This document shows, piece by piece, positions 23,970 to 36,798 of a stretch of 64,000 nucleotides of DNA. The stretch spans positions 744,001 to 808,000 of the forward strand of contig RHPI01000810.1 in NCBI GenBank assembly GCA_009103225.1, read 5' to 3'. Below the pieces are notes generated by a model. It was not told the DNA's origin. It saw only the letters and a program-made list of their open reading frames with translations, and made no database searches. A program made the position numbers and the translations under genes. This DNA is from Chlorokybus atmophyticus (taxonomy: Eukaryota; Plantae; Mesostigma and Chlorokybus algae). Position 1 is the first letter of the stretch; every line of letters begins with the position of its first letter.

Positions 23970-24808
23970 CACATTGTACAGTAGGGGCTGTATGTATATA
24001 AGAGTCTGTGGGCGTTGCCTTTTTATTGGTTTTCAATCAGAGGTGGTTGGCTGTGTCTGTGCACAGCGGTTTGAAGTATTCTGTTACGTCAACCACGACA
24101 AGCACTGTTCTGTGTTGCATTGATGTCGTGCTTGGCTGTCAGGTTTTGGGCGTTATTGATCTTCCAGTGATTGGAGTGTGTCAGACCCATTGGTCTTCTC
24201 ATACCTGTACACAACAGTATGCCCTTGCGCACGAATTGTTTGATACTCGACATTGCAATGTGGCATATGGTCGCAGTAGACATAGACAAGATGTAGTACG
24301 CTAGCTTATGTGGCAGGAAGCGTAAGCACCTTTATCCGCGCTTGTTAGCCGCAAGAGACACCACAACAATAATATCATCAGCAGCAGTCACACTTCATGC
24401 ACACAGGGTAAGCATTGCACTGGTGTGGCGAGTTATGCAAGGGTCATGCTTGTCATGCTTGCCACAATCACCGCAGTGCACTTTTTACACAAACATGCTC
24501 AACTGGCAAGAAATCACTCGCAGGGCCCCTCCTGCCGTGCCCTGTGATGCAACAATGTCAGTTGCGCGCTTGACAATCACAATCATCTTGCCGGATGCCG
24601 CAGACATTCTTTGCTGATTGAGCCATCACACTGAATGGCTCACAACTGTCATGTGCAGCCTGCAGATCCAACCCGGGTATCTGCAAGGACCTTAGTCCTC
24701 ACTGGAACCAGGTGAACAACTCTATAGTTAATTGACTGGACAGGTTGTTATAATACATACTGCGCCTCGGCGCACCAACACGCTGTCATGAAGCTGGCAC
24801 CTATTTGT

Positions 24809-27733
24809 TTACAACAACATTGTCATCGGATCCTCAATGTACCCTTTGAAGGCTCCTAGCCATTGCGCGCCCAGAGCACCTGTTTTGACAAGCAAGGTAG
24901 TTGAGTTAGCATGTTGCGTAGTACCAACAAACAAGCAAAACGATGGGCCATTGAAGGTATAGCACGCACCGTCTACTATCCGGTGATCGCAGCTGAGGGT
25001 GACTGCCATAAACGAGGCAGAGGCATAACCATCCTTCGCAGCCACTACGCGCTTCTCCGCTGTTGTAACAGTGATTGGCAAGTCAGTCAGTCTGGGCACA
25101 TCAAATCAAACAACAGCACCAGAGCACTTGCTGCTTCTACGTCAGCACTTACTGGCACCAACGGCGAGGATGCACGCTTGCGGGGGGTTGATGATGGCGC
25201 AGAACTGCTTAACGCCATACATTCCCAAGTTGGACACGGTAAACGTGCCGCCTGAGAAGTCTTGAGGCTTCAACTTGCCTGCCCTGGCCAAGTCAGCGAG
25301 CCTCTTGACATCATTCGAGATAGCAGTTAGACCAAGCTTGTCGGCATTCTGCGCAGAAGGATGGGTTATGAGATATGCCAAGTGGGCAGCCAGGATAAGT
25401 GTGAAAGCTCAAAAATCCACACTTCAATCGATGCCATGAAACATTAACCCTGCTGGGGCATGTGACGGCTAATCGCATCCATGGGCTAACTGTTGACCGT
25501 GGATGGCTGACGTGCATACCTTGACCACAGGAACCATAAGTCCTTGCTCTGTTTGCACAGCAACACTGATGTCAACGTTCTTGTACTGCCTGATGAAGTC
25601 GTTCATCCAGGAACCATTTACTTGCGGCACCTTCCTTAGTGCCAAACTTGCAGCCTGGAAACAGCCGCACCCAAACATGAACAATGCACAGTATACCAAC
25701 ACCTCCGTAAGGTGACTGCTCTGCATCTCTCATGAAACAAGCGCAGTGTGAACACAAACCTTAATGACGAAGTCATTGACAGACAACTTCTTGCCACCCG
25801 CCTTCTCTTGAGCGGCATTCAGCTCTGCTCGGAGCTTCAGCAGAGCATCCATCTGACAATCCGAGGTCAAATAGTAGTGCGGAATAGTCTGCTTGGACTG
25901 CAATAGCCGCTGTGCAGTGATCTTCTTAATTTGTGACACGGGTATATCCTCATAATCGCCAAAGTCTGCGCCCGGGGCAGCTGCCTTGGGCGCCTTGGCC
26001 GCTGCTTCTGGCTTCGCCTGATCCTTGGCTGGTGCTGATTCTGTACATGTAGATGGAAAACCACTATCAGGTTGCATGCACGAGACCAAGCAATAGCAAG
26101 CCAGAGCAACCATCACTAACGCGCATACCGGCATGGGCTTCAACATCAGCCTTGACAATGCGTCCGTTCGGGCCGCTGCCCTTCACGTCGCAGAGGTTCA
26201 CGCCCATATCGCTGGCGACCTTGCGAGCAAGAGGGCTGGCGAACAGCCGCTCGCTGACGGGCGCCGCTTGCTTTGTTGATGTGGACTCATCCTCCTTTTG
26301 TGGCGGGGTGGGCGGTGAAGAGGGCTGCGTTGGTTGCTCTTGTTTGGATGGTCCGGGCTCGGGCGCGGACGGCTTTGAAGGTGCTTCTGACTTGGAAGGT
26401 GAGTAGTCCTTGAACTTGCCTACATCGCTCTCGTCTTCAACTAGGATAGCGATAGGCTGCAAACACCATGTGTTTAACACACACGATTAATGCACAGCGC
26501 GCGGGACAGGCAGGCAGCATTCAGCATATACCTGTCCGACAGGGACATCTTTGCTACCATCAGGTGCAAGAATCTTTGCAATGTACCCATCCTCCATGTT
26601 CTCAAGATCCAGCGTGGCCTTGTCCTGAAAATGGATTGCATGCTTCGCACACAAGAGCACTGTGCGGATGTAACATGCAGGTGGCACGTAGTCAAAGGCC
26701 ATGCCGGCAACGGCTGATGGGCGCATGCAATTGACCGACGTACTGTTTCGATCTCAGCGAGCACATCACCCGTAGATACTTTGTCGCCCTCTTTCACCTT
26801 CCAAGTTCCAATATTGCCCTGTATTGCACAGAATCAAGTTCTGCGCCTTGACTGGATACATGTCTCATACTGTGCAAACATTTTGCAACTTCAGTTCACC
26901 TGTTCCATGGTTGGTGATAGCGATGGCATAGTGAGTTCTTGGTGTGGAGGATCTGCAAAGAAAATGCGTTTGCCATGCCATTTATGCCATGCGCGATGCA
27001 CGATCCCAACAGTAACGCACACCGATTTGCAGTTAACACATGCGCGGTAACAATGCAGCACAGTTTAGCAGAAGATGACTTACAATCAGCAGCAGCGCTA
27101 TATTGCCGGGCGTAGTGCACAATGTGGGGAGCTCTAATCGAATTGCTCGATACACCATTGGAGTGCCTGTAACGGAAAATATCAGTAGTCAGCAGCTGTT
27201 AACCAAGCGGTAGTGAATGAAGAAAGCCTTCAAGTATTGCGCACTTCGCGTTCTGTGCGACACAAACTTTCCGTAACCTTGAAGTTGATTGCACTGCTCC
27301 CACAGTTTTATGCAAGCTAATAGCATGACAACACGCAAATGCCATGCTTCTGCATGCATACGTTCTGACACATACCCCACGACCCGAAGCGTAAAGCCAA
27401 GAACCCCACACAAACTCCGGCCTGCATGTAGCCTTGATGCAATGCACATGCACAAGTGTCATGTATGCTTCATGCCATGCAATCCAGACGTAGCTGATGT
27501 CGGGTTGTATAAACATGAACATACAGCGCAGAAGGCACCAACCCTTGCCAGCTGAAGCCTGGCCTGTAGGCAGCAGCAACGGTGGCGCAGCACAACCCTC
27601 TCCTACTTGAAGTGGTGACACTGCTGTGGCATTCTGCTGCGACGCCGGTGTAGCGAGAGCGCCACAGCGCCCGGCTGGAAGACCGGCCTAGAACCCTGCG
27701 CAGCAACCCTGCTGCTCCGGCTGCGGACGCCAT
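24809..27733 (-). CDS. DLAT: Mitochondrial pyruvate dehydrogenase E2 (dihydrolipoamide acetyltransferase)
   Basis: Lipoyl domain [12 protein letters not shown]...EIETDKAT, E3-binding FASPLARK...[13 protein letters not shown], catalytic [13 protein letters not shown] and [11 protein letters not shown]; ends DPMTMLL-TAA. Confidence 0.96.
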
Positions 27734-28248
27734 CGCCGGCAGCGGCGGCGATGGCGACGACACTGCCGCCAAGCTGGCAGCCAACAAGCGCAAGCATGCC
27801 GAAGCTAGCCCTAAAACCTCTCGATATCAATTGGTAATCTGATATCAACATGGTTTTGCTTGGGGAGTGTGCAGCAACTGCCGTTAGAGAAGCGTGATAT
27901 CCGTTTGCTCAGCTGAGAAGTATCAACCAGTGCATTAACGTGGCGCATTGGGGCGGCGGCGGCGGGAGGAACGACAGCGCTGGCGGTATGTGTCGTGTGG
28001 TCAGGCCTGTTGCTGCGTGCATGTTGGTATATGGCCTGTTTTGCGGGTTTGCATGCTCTCACAGTCGCCAGTTGAGCTGCGACCATGGCATGTGCATGGC
28101 TGTGTTGGCACGTGGGGTGTCGCACTTGTTTGCATGTTTTGACAGCAGCATGAAGTCCCTTATTGCGGAAATATGTTTCATGCTACTCCTTTCAATTAGA
28201 AAATGAAACTGTGCCTGTGTTTGTATGCGAGCAGCATAGTGTAGCACT

Positions 28249-29048
28249 ATGGCAGCCACCATGCTGGCGAGTGCGCTGCAACTCTCTGCGCCTTGCCCCA
28301 GACTGGCGTCCCGTGCCATTACACGGCCACAAAGCAGGATAAGCCGTCTCCACTCTCCCGCCTTGCGACCCGCCGTCCGCCCTGTACTATGCACTGCACA
28401 GCTTGCCACCACAAGTAAGGCAGCTTCAGCTGCAGAGGCATTGCATGCAGCCTGTGGTAGAGGAAAGTTATCACTTGTGCGACCACGACTTCCAGTTTAA
28501 GCTGCAGTTGAACCTGCAGCTGCAGCTTCTGTGGTTTAAGCTGATGCAGGAGCAGGAGCTGCAGATGCAGCTGTAACTAGAATTTACTGCTTCAATGTGT
28601 GCTTCAAACTCACCAGTGACAGCTTTCTTGCATGGTGCTGAAGCATACTTTGCATGCAGTGACAGAGCTTAGCCAGTCTCTGATTGCCAGCAATGCGGGC
28701 GATGTCGCTTCATCCGGGCAGCTGGTGGCGCAGCTGGCATTGAGCCCAGCGCAAGCGGGCACCATCTCAAGCATAGCGTCGCCCGTGGTGGGCGTCATGA
28801 CCATCCTTTTGCTTGCAAGGGTGGTTATGTCGTGGTACCCGCAGCTGCCAAGCACGCGGTTGCCATACGCCATTGCCTACTTTCCCACAGAACCGTTCCT
28901 CGGCCCCACAAGAAGGCTCATACCTCCCGTTGGTGGCGTGGACATTGCGCCACTCATCTGGCTAGCGTTCTTGACGCTTGGCAACGAGCTGCTGCTCGGC
29001 CCGCAGGGACTGCTGATCCTCCTTGCGCAGAAGCGTGTGGAGATGTAA
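28249..29048 (+). CDS. CCB3: YGGT-family cytochrome b6f heme ci assembly factor CCB3
   Basis: RVVMSWYPQLP...PYAIAYFPTEPFLGPTRRLIPPVGGVDIAPLIW...ELLLGPQGLL; transit peptide in exon 1. Confidence 0.9.
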
Positions 29049-29869
29049 GAAAATGATTGATTTAGAAAGCCCATTCATCAAGAACACATCAGTGATGAGT
29101 TCCGTGGTTTTCTTCCTAGCGCGTGTGCACAATGATGGTGATGGTCATCAGCATCGTGTGTTACATGCTGTGTGATTGCGTGTGCATGCTTGCAACAGTA
29201 ACCTGCATGTGTGCGTGTGCCAACTTGTGTGCACCAGCGTGTGCATATGTGTGAATGGGCGAACGTGCGTGTGAGCATGTGTCCTCAGGTTCTCGGGCAA
29301 GGCCTAGTTCAACTTCAACTTGAGTCTAAATGCAAGCGGTGAGGGAGACAACACAGTCAACTGACGTACACTACATTGTGATACCACTGTGTGTGGTGTA
29401 GAGTGTTGCTACACGTCTACCAGCTACGCATGCAACATTGAAGTAGTAGTTCTGCACGTGTTGCTTGTAAGCACATGTCGCAGTGTTGATTTCACCAATA
29501 TCTGCATTAGTCCGTTTGTCGAATGTGGATGCTCAATAGCTGCCGAAGCAATAACAAATAAGGAGGCATCATTGCACCGACGTCATAGCACTGCATTATA
29601 TGCATCCAGGCAACACAACAGGCAAGACCACTGCATCTGAAGCGCTGGCACAGTTTGCATCACACCTGAACAACAGGATCCGTCGTGCAAATTTGGCACT
29701 ACTACAACCACCAAGTGTAGGCAGAGTAGTAGAGATTGGCAGTGAGTTATAGTAGAACACAACAGAGCAGTCAGCAGAGTCAAGGCAGTGATGCTGCGGC
29801 CAAGTGACGGGATTGGCAAAACCCAGGCCAAGTGCTGTTGAGTGCACAGCAAGTTGCAGCAACAGAGAG

Positions 29870-30913
29870 ATGTTGGTGTCGGCGTTAGCGCCCTCATGGG
29901 CGTCGGCGGCGTCGGCGGCGGTCGCCAAGCCGCTGTCGCTGTCGCTGACGGCGAGGGCGACCGTAGCGGCGGCCTCCGGCGACAGCCGCGTCAGGCGGCG
30001 GCGATGGCGATCCCTGCGATCCCCGACGCAAACTCGCCTGGTAAGGTGGCGCAAGCAGACCGGGCCAGACCAGGCCAGGCCAGGCCAGGCCAGGGTGTGC
30101 AATGGCTGCTTTGTTGTCTGTCAGTCATACTCGCTGCGTCATGCGGTGGCATGTGTGTATGTTGCAGGCAGTCGCTTGAAGTAAGTGTCACAGCTTGAGT
30201 GGGAGTTGCTCTTAAGGCTGTCCCTTTCTTGCTCTGTCTTTGCAGGCGGCGCTGTTGGTGAGTGCGCCAAACAGCATAGAGCAGTATTTCGCTGATCCCA
30301 GACGCATGGTCATGTAAGCATGATGATGCTGATGTTCTCAAGCGCATGCAAGCTCATGTACTTGCGATGTTGAATGTGGAAAATATTGAAGGAGCTGCAG
30401 ATGAATGCTTCCCGCGTGTGCTTTCGCATGGCAGTATGACATGCTTTGTTCTGACTTAATGTCTTATTCGTGCATAGGTTTGGTGGCATTGCAATATTCG
30501 GTGGGTTTTACGTAGCGAACACGATCTCGCTGTCGTTTGGCGCGATTTCGGTATGGACACGCATGAGTTGCTATTGCATGCTAATGTTTAGTACAAGTTG
30601 TAGTCAAAACACGTGTGAATCATGTCGGAGGTTGGCTTGGACAAACTGACATACATGTCAGTCTCTGTATAGGTGAATGATGTGGTGGCAGCGGCGTTCT
30701 GCACCGCAGCGGTTGAAACAACCACCAGCTGGTTTTACAAGCAGGACAGAAGGTATAGCTGACATCTCTTGATGCTGTGCAATGTTGACAGTGTGATGAC
30801 GAAGCTGAGTTGTTATTCTGTTCATTTGCAGGTCACGCGTATCAACACTTATCAACTTGTTTAAGATTGGGTTCACGATTGGTCTGATTACAGATGCGTT
30901 CAAGATCATCTAG
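29870..30913 (+). CDS. Ycf20-like (DUF565) plastid protein
   Basis: Spliced: QTRL|AALLVSAPNSIEQYFADPRRMVM|FGGIAIFGGFYVANTISLSFGAIS|VNDVVAAAFC...|LINLFKIGFTIGLITDAFK; matches the plant Ycf20-like pattern; TAG 30911-30913. Confidence 0.85.
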
Positions 30914-31713
30914 CGTAGATAGACCAGCTGTGCACATTGTATATTAATGTACATTACCAGGTCGTGCTCTTGCAGCAACAATCATGGGCGCGCGCGCAAT
31001 GGTTCCTCACTTCTTGTCAGGCTGCTTGTTGACTGATAATTCTAGCCTATGCTATGTTGTTCACAACAGATGAAGTCATTGTTAAACACTTATCCATAAA
31101 CATCATACCAAAAGCCATGGGACGCACAACCTGCCAGGTGTGCTATCCATCACTTGGCAACTGACGGCTTGTCACATAAGTTATATGATATCACCACACT
31201 GAGCCCACATCCAAAACATCAGATGCTGCATGTGGAGTGCGGTTGATGCGTTGTAACATTAACATGATCATACGGTTGCATGTGTAAAAGTGCACCAACC
31301 CGCTTAATAACACACAGGTGCACAGTGCGGGCATTGTGACTCGCATTGCTCATTATGCGAGTACTTTTTTGTTGGGGATGCAAGGACGCTAATGCTGGCC
31401 ACCTGCTGCTGTAGAGGCCCCCCACCGAGCTATACACAAGCATGGGGAAGTAGCACGAGTTGAGCTGTAAGCAGCATGTTACAAACCAGGCTAGACTCTT
31501 CGTGCACTGCGGCATTGCAGGTAGGTATTGTCTGCCTAGCTTTATGCAGCAAAGCATGATAGCATGATCGAACACGCAGGCTTTGCTTGACAGGAGTGAA
31601 GAGACGCGATAACACGTGATGGTCACGACAACGGCACCAGTCAACGCAGTGCTGGGCGGCGGCGGCGGTAACGGGCGCTGGTGGACGGCCAGCGGAGCGG
31701 ATCAGCGCTTGAG

Positions 31714-33272
31714 ATGGGAGGGGCTCTCAATGCTCAGTGCTCCTCTTGCGGTGGCAGGGGTTCAGTGCAATGTGCGAGGTGCGAGGCGGAGCTGTGCCGT
31801 GGCTGCTTCCTGCACAGGCACGCTCTCTGTGGCGCCGCCGCCGCCGCCGCCGCCCCTAGCACCACCAGCGCTGGCCTGTCGCCCTCGCAGCAGCCGCTCG
31901 CGCCTTCAGCTGCCTGCACCTGCTGCCAGGATGAGGTGGACCTCCTGTGCCTCAAGTGCCAGGAGCAGCTCTGCCGCGGCTGCTTCCTCGCCGTGCACGC
32001 GGCTGTCGGCCAGGGGCCATGCCAGCAGTCACCCTCAACCCTGGGTCAGCAGGCTGGCAGTCTGCCAACTCCCATGCCAGCTGCACGGCTTGTTGTTCGC
32101 GAGCAACCGGTAAATGCCAGTTGTTGTTGCTGCTGCTGCTGTCGCCTTTTTGCTGTTATTGTGCATGACTTTCATTGGACTACGCAAACCCAAAAATGAA
32201 CCAACAGTCAGTTCCAGCAGGAGCAGTCCAAGCCTGAACTGAAGGTTGGTAATCTGCCTGGAAGTTCATCAATGCATGTAGAAGCTGAGGTGGCTGGCCA
32301 CAAAGCCGGCAAAGACGAGGAGCTTGAATTGCAGTCAGAGTCAAGTTCCGGCCTGAGCGTTGATGGCAGCAATGACTCCGACAGTGAAGCGTGCAGTGTG
32401 GACTACGATGCCGACAACGACAACTGCGCTGGCAACGATGTCGGCAATCACAATGCCACGGGCATGTTGAGCGCCAACCCACTTTCCCAACAGGAAGAAT
32501 GCAAAGAACAAGGTGAAGCATGTGAGGAGTTGGACGACAGCAGTACCGCTTGCACGTCTGACGTTTCAGATGAAAAGCAGTCCAACAGCGAGCCTGAGAA
32601 GTCAATCAGCAGTCACAGCAACGACAGCGACGCGGACTCAGGGCCTACTAGAAGTGAAGGCGGTTATCCAGAGGGTTCGAGCGGCTGGACCGACTTGTCG
32701 GAGTGGGAAGCGAGAGGAGGAGCGGAAGTCCCAAGTGAGAGGGTTACGAGTGATGATGACCCCATGCTTGTTGACCACGAAGTTGGGGTGAACGACAACA
32801 GCCAGGACACAGCCCAGCCTAAACAGGCAACAAACGGGCTTTCTGCCAAGCGCAAGTACAACCACCGGCAGTCCAATGACTCCCACGAAGGCAATGCGGA
32901 TGAAAAAGGTATGGTATGTTGATGCATTGCGCAGGGCCGCATAAACCACTGGCGCTGATGCTTGTATTTCTCACAGAGGTATTGGCGGTTGAGGAAATAC
33001 GCAAGTACCAATCAAGCACTGACCCTCTCATCAATTGCCGCGCGTTTCGCCGGCTGGTACGAGAGGTGGCATGTGGCGCGTACGTGGACGCAATCTACCC
33101 TGTGGACTTTACTGCAAAAGCTTATGAAGCTATTCAATGCGCGGCAGAGGCATACCTGGTCAGCGTCTTTGAACGTGCAAACTCAATGGCCCTACATGCG
33201 CAGCGCGAAAAGATCCTTCCAGAAGACATGCAGTTGTCAAAACAAAGCAATAGATGGTCATATTACTCGTAG
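31714..33272 (+). CDS. Predicted fusion protein: two B-box-type zinc fingers, acidic disordered linker, divergent histone H3/CENH3-like fold (about 460 aa)
   Basis: Exon 1 31714-32109 has two Cx2Cx7Cx2Cx4Cx2Cx4H motifs; GT-AG intron to about 32221 in phase; D/E/S-rich exon 2 to 32908; GT-AG intron 32909-32976 in phase; exon 3 EEIRKYQSSTDPLI...FRRLVREVA...AAEAYLVSVFE...ALHAQREKILPEDMQL. Confidence 0.75.
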
Positions 33273-33456
33273 CAGTCACTACCAGAATTGCAGTTTGACG
33301 GTCCAAGTGTTTTGTGCAGGTAATCAACACCTGAGCAAATTTGCTGCAGAAAATTTGTAACACATCAAAGCACTGCACATCTGCAGTTCGGCATCTCACC
33401 TCGTGTGTATTCTGTTTGATTGGAGTGTCAATGCGCACATGCACACAAGGACACCC

Positions 33457-33607
33457 NNNNNNNNNNNNNNNNNNNNNNNNNNNNNNNNNNNNNNNNNNNN
33501 NNNNNNNNNNNNNNNNNNNNNNNNNNNNNNNNNNNNNNNNNNNNNNNNNNNNNNNNNNNNNNNNNNNNNNNNNNNNNNNNNNNNNNNNNNNNNNNNNNNN
33601 NNNNNNN
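33457..33607. other. Assembly gap (N run)
   Basis: N bases flanked by C runs. Confidence 0.99.
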
Positions 33608-34025
33608 CAACCCCCCCCTCTGGGTAAGCAGATTGCATCAGCAACGTACAGCTAGAGGCAGTGAGAGGAGGTAGACGGCAACACCAAACATAGACTTGCA
33701 TGTTTCATGTCTTACTCAAGGTGGGTAACAAGATGGCAACTAGTTGCATAATTACCCAGCCATGTCTGTAAGCAGTCACCATTCGCTGCATTGTTCGTGC
33801 TACAAGCTAGTTGCCAGCAGTAGATGAACCAACTCTTCTCGTGCACAAGTGATGGCATGTTCTGTGCAGGCTATCCACCGTCCGTGATTCCAACACCTCA
33901 ACACTGGTATTAACCAGCTATGCATACACACTGCTTGAGCAACGATGCCAATTGTGCGAACACATCCAAAGGTGATTATAGAAACATCAATGGCACCTTT
34001 GGTGCAATGAGACCTCCAGCAGCGG

Positions 34026-36134
34026 TCACAACTCCTTCTCCTCTATCAAATTAGTGATGGGGTCTGAGGCCCCACCGTGGCCATGCGCATCCACAGGCGC
34101 TTTCAACACATCCATGTTTGCATGTTCGGAAACCATCTGCACTCGCGTCGCCAAACTGCGCAACCTGTCAGGAGGGGAGAACACCATTGTCAGTGATTGA
34201 CTTGCCACCAAATGTCTTGAACCCACATTACATGGCAGGGAGCTCATATAGAAAGTCTTCAACAAGCGTGAGATACATGCCCAACATGGGTGTTGACACA
34301 ACATCACACCATCTTACAAGCGGCCAGCTGAGGATAAGTGGGATGCTACGAGAGCCAGAAAGTACACTGTCACTGTTTGCAATATCGGTAAAACAAGCTT
34401 TCCATTCCCCCACCTTTGTTGGAGTTCATGCCGTGCGCCATCAGCCCAGGAGCGCGCCACCTGCATGCGCTCGTGGTACCAAGGAGGCATGTTCTGTTCA
34501 TACCGCCGCAGGTGGCCCGAGGCGTACGCCACGTGCGCATCAAAGGGCATGAGAATGTCCGGCTGAGACACCCACAACAACGTCGCTGCGTAGAGACAGG
34601 ACACACACAATTGATCATCACAACAATATAGGGTTGAATATGGCATCAAACCTTATGAGGGTGATCATTTATGAGTGAATCACAGCCATCAGGCGAGAAG
34701 AGACTCATCAATGCAAGTGCAGTGCACAGATGAGTTGCTTACTAACGGCCAATGCAGCAGCGATCCCCAATGTGCATCCAGCAAACACGTCGAGGAAGTA
34801 GTGCCGCCCGAGCAGCACTCGGGAGTATGACGTGGCTATTGCCCATATGCAGAGGGACGCACATAGGACGGGCGACACGGTCCACAGCTTTAAGCACGCC
34901 AGCGTCGCCACCATGCACGCTCTTGACGCGTGCCCCGACGGGAAGGAGTACTTGTCAACGGGTATGAGATGCTCACCCTTGTTGTAAGATGGCCGTTTCC
35001 GCCTGTTATCAGTGTAGATGCCCACTGTCAGGTGTAGAGACACGTGCCCCTTTATGCAACATCATGTGCTGCAAATCGATTGAAAATGGAATGCTCTGTG
35101 CATTTGCACAACAGGTACCTGATGTGCACATGTGAGCATGCCACATCAGGATGTGCCAGGTGTGTAGGGCTTAATACGTACATAATTGTAGTACAGGTTG
35201 TATACTGGTTTGTGTACGCACAGTCCATGCAGCAACTACAACACGTTCATAACAAATGAAGTCCAGAACGCAACACACACGTGGTCAATACACTATGACA
35301 GAAGGCTCACCTGCATGTGGCCTTGATGGTGCCAACAAGTACGAGGTCGAGGGCAAGCGCAAGGACAAGGTTGAGGATGAGAAGGCGACTTGCGGGGGAT
35401 ATCTCTGTGGCTGCGGCTAGTGCGGCGCATGGCAAAGGCAGCCAGAACCAGCCGTTGCCCGAGACCTCCAGTACCTTTGCTACTACCTGGGGTGCACAAT
35501 GAAACATAATGGGTACCGGCCGTGGGCCGTGGGGCGCAAGCTCATCTTTGTTTCCAAGTCGACAATGGCTACCATGCTGCCAGAGGTTGAGACAAGAAAT
35601 ACCCTTTGTGACAAAGCAAAACATCCATGCTGATGTATACGCTGTAGACGTTCAAGCTATGAGCATACACTGTAGATTGACTGTAGATGTATGTATGTAG
35701 ATGTATCGACGAACATTTACTGTTTATTTGATGCCTAATGCAAACCCTTTTATCCCGAAACTGTTTGCCCATGCATAAAACAATCTACGCGATTCGTCTG
35801 GCAGTGAACACGAGACTGCACGCGATGAATAGCAAACCACTTCCAGAAAATAAACGAGACTGTGTAACTTGAGCTCACAATTGCTTGTACAAGCATTCGG
35901 CCGACGGAGCACACCACGATTTGCATAACTCACAACACATGCACAGACTGCTACTGAACAACAAGCACTGAACTGATGGTGTTCAGTGACATGAAGTGAG
36001 GTTGCGTTCAGAATGCTCTAGGTGGAGCGATGTAGTTTGCGACAGCTGTTTCTCACCTGCACCACTGAGCTGCTAGCTGTGAAGCCGTGCAGGCCGGAAG
36101 AAACGCTGCGATCCCAGCTGGCCAGACGCTCCAT
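34026..36134 (-). CDS. PAP2-family phospholipid/polyisoprenoid diphosphate phosphatase (PLPP6/7-like)
   Basis: MERLASWDRSVS|...LEVSGNGWFWL...LDLVLVGTIKATCR|RKRP...DKYSFPSGHASR...SRVLLGRHYFLDVFAG; 3' exons less certain. Confidence 0.8.
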
Positions 36135-36798
36135 GACGGACGGGCGGAGACGAAAGTTGCACAGGGCAAAGCTTCAAGCCGTTAGCCGTGTCTGGACCAG
36201 ACCAGAATTAGGCCAGACAGCCCGCAACCCGGCCGCCTGACGCCAAACCAGCAGCCCACTCTGCGGCGAGGACTGGCATTGAATGCATGCTTGGTGAATC
36301 TGAGCTGCAGCATTCAGTGCCTTAACGTTAGATGCATTCAGGCGTTAAGTGTCTGAACACTGCTAGCTATGTTAACCATGCAGCGCTAAGACACTGAACA
36401 CGGTGTTCAGAACACCCTTGCATAATTGCTTAACACTGGTGATCCGTGCCTCAGGCACTGAATGCCGCTGTCTTAATGCTGCTAGGGCGTTCAGTGGCTG
36501 ACGCGGTACTTGAGCAAGGTGGAGTTGCCACGTGGCGGTAAATTGGCGGCGGCGGCGGAGGCGGCGGGACAGTGTGTTGGTGAGCCTGGTTTGCTCCAAT
36601 TGGCCAAGCTGTAGTTGTTACCGAGGCGTCAGCAGTGGTGGCGGTGCACGGGCCTTGTGCATAATGGTGCTCACAAGCCGTCGCAAGCATGCAGCAGCTA
36701 GCCCTTGTGCTTGAGGGCGATGGATGTTTGGTTATAGTTTGGTCAGTACATCAGTGCCCTTCGCCAAATCACTGTGAGCTCAAGTTTGCTTGGTGGTA

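Noticed and set aside
24608-24690. Two short hairpins between CHMP1 and DLAT (TGAGCCAT/ATGGCTCA; TGCAGAT/ATCTGCA)
   Set aside because: 7-8 bp stems are expected by chance, and neither neighbour has an in-frame TGA that would need a SECIS
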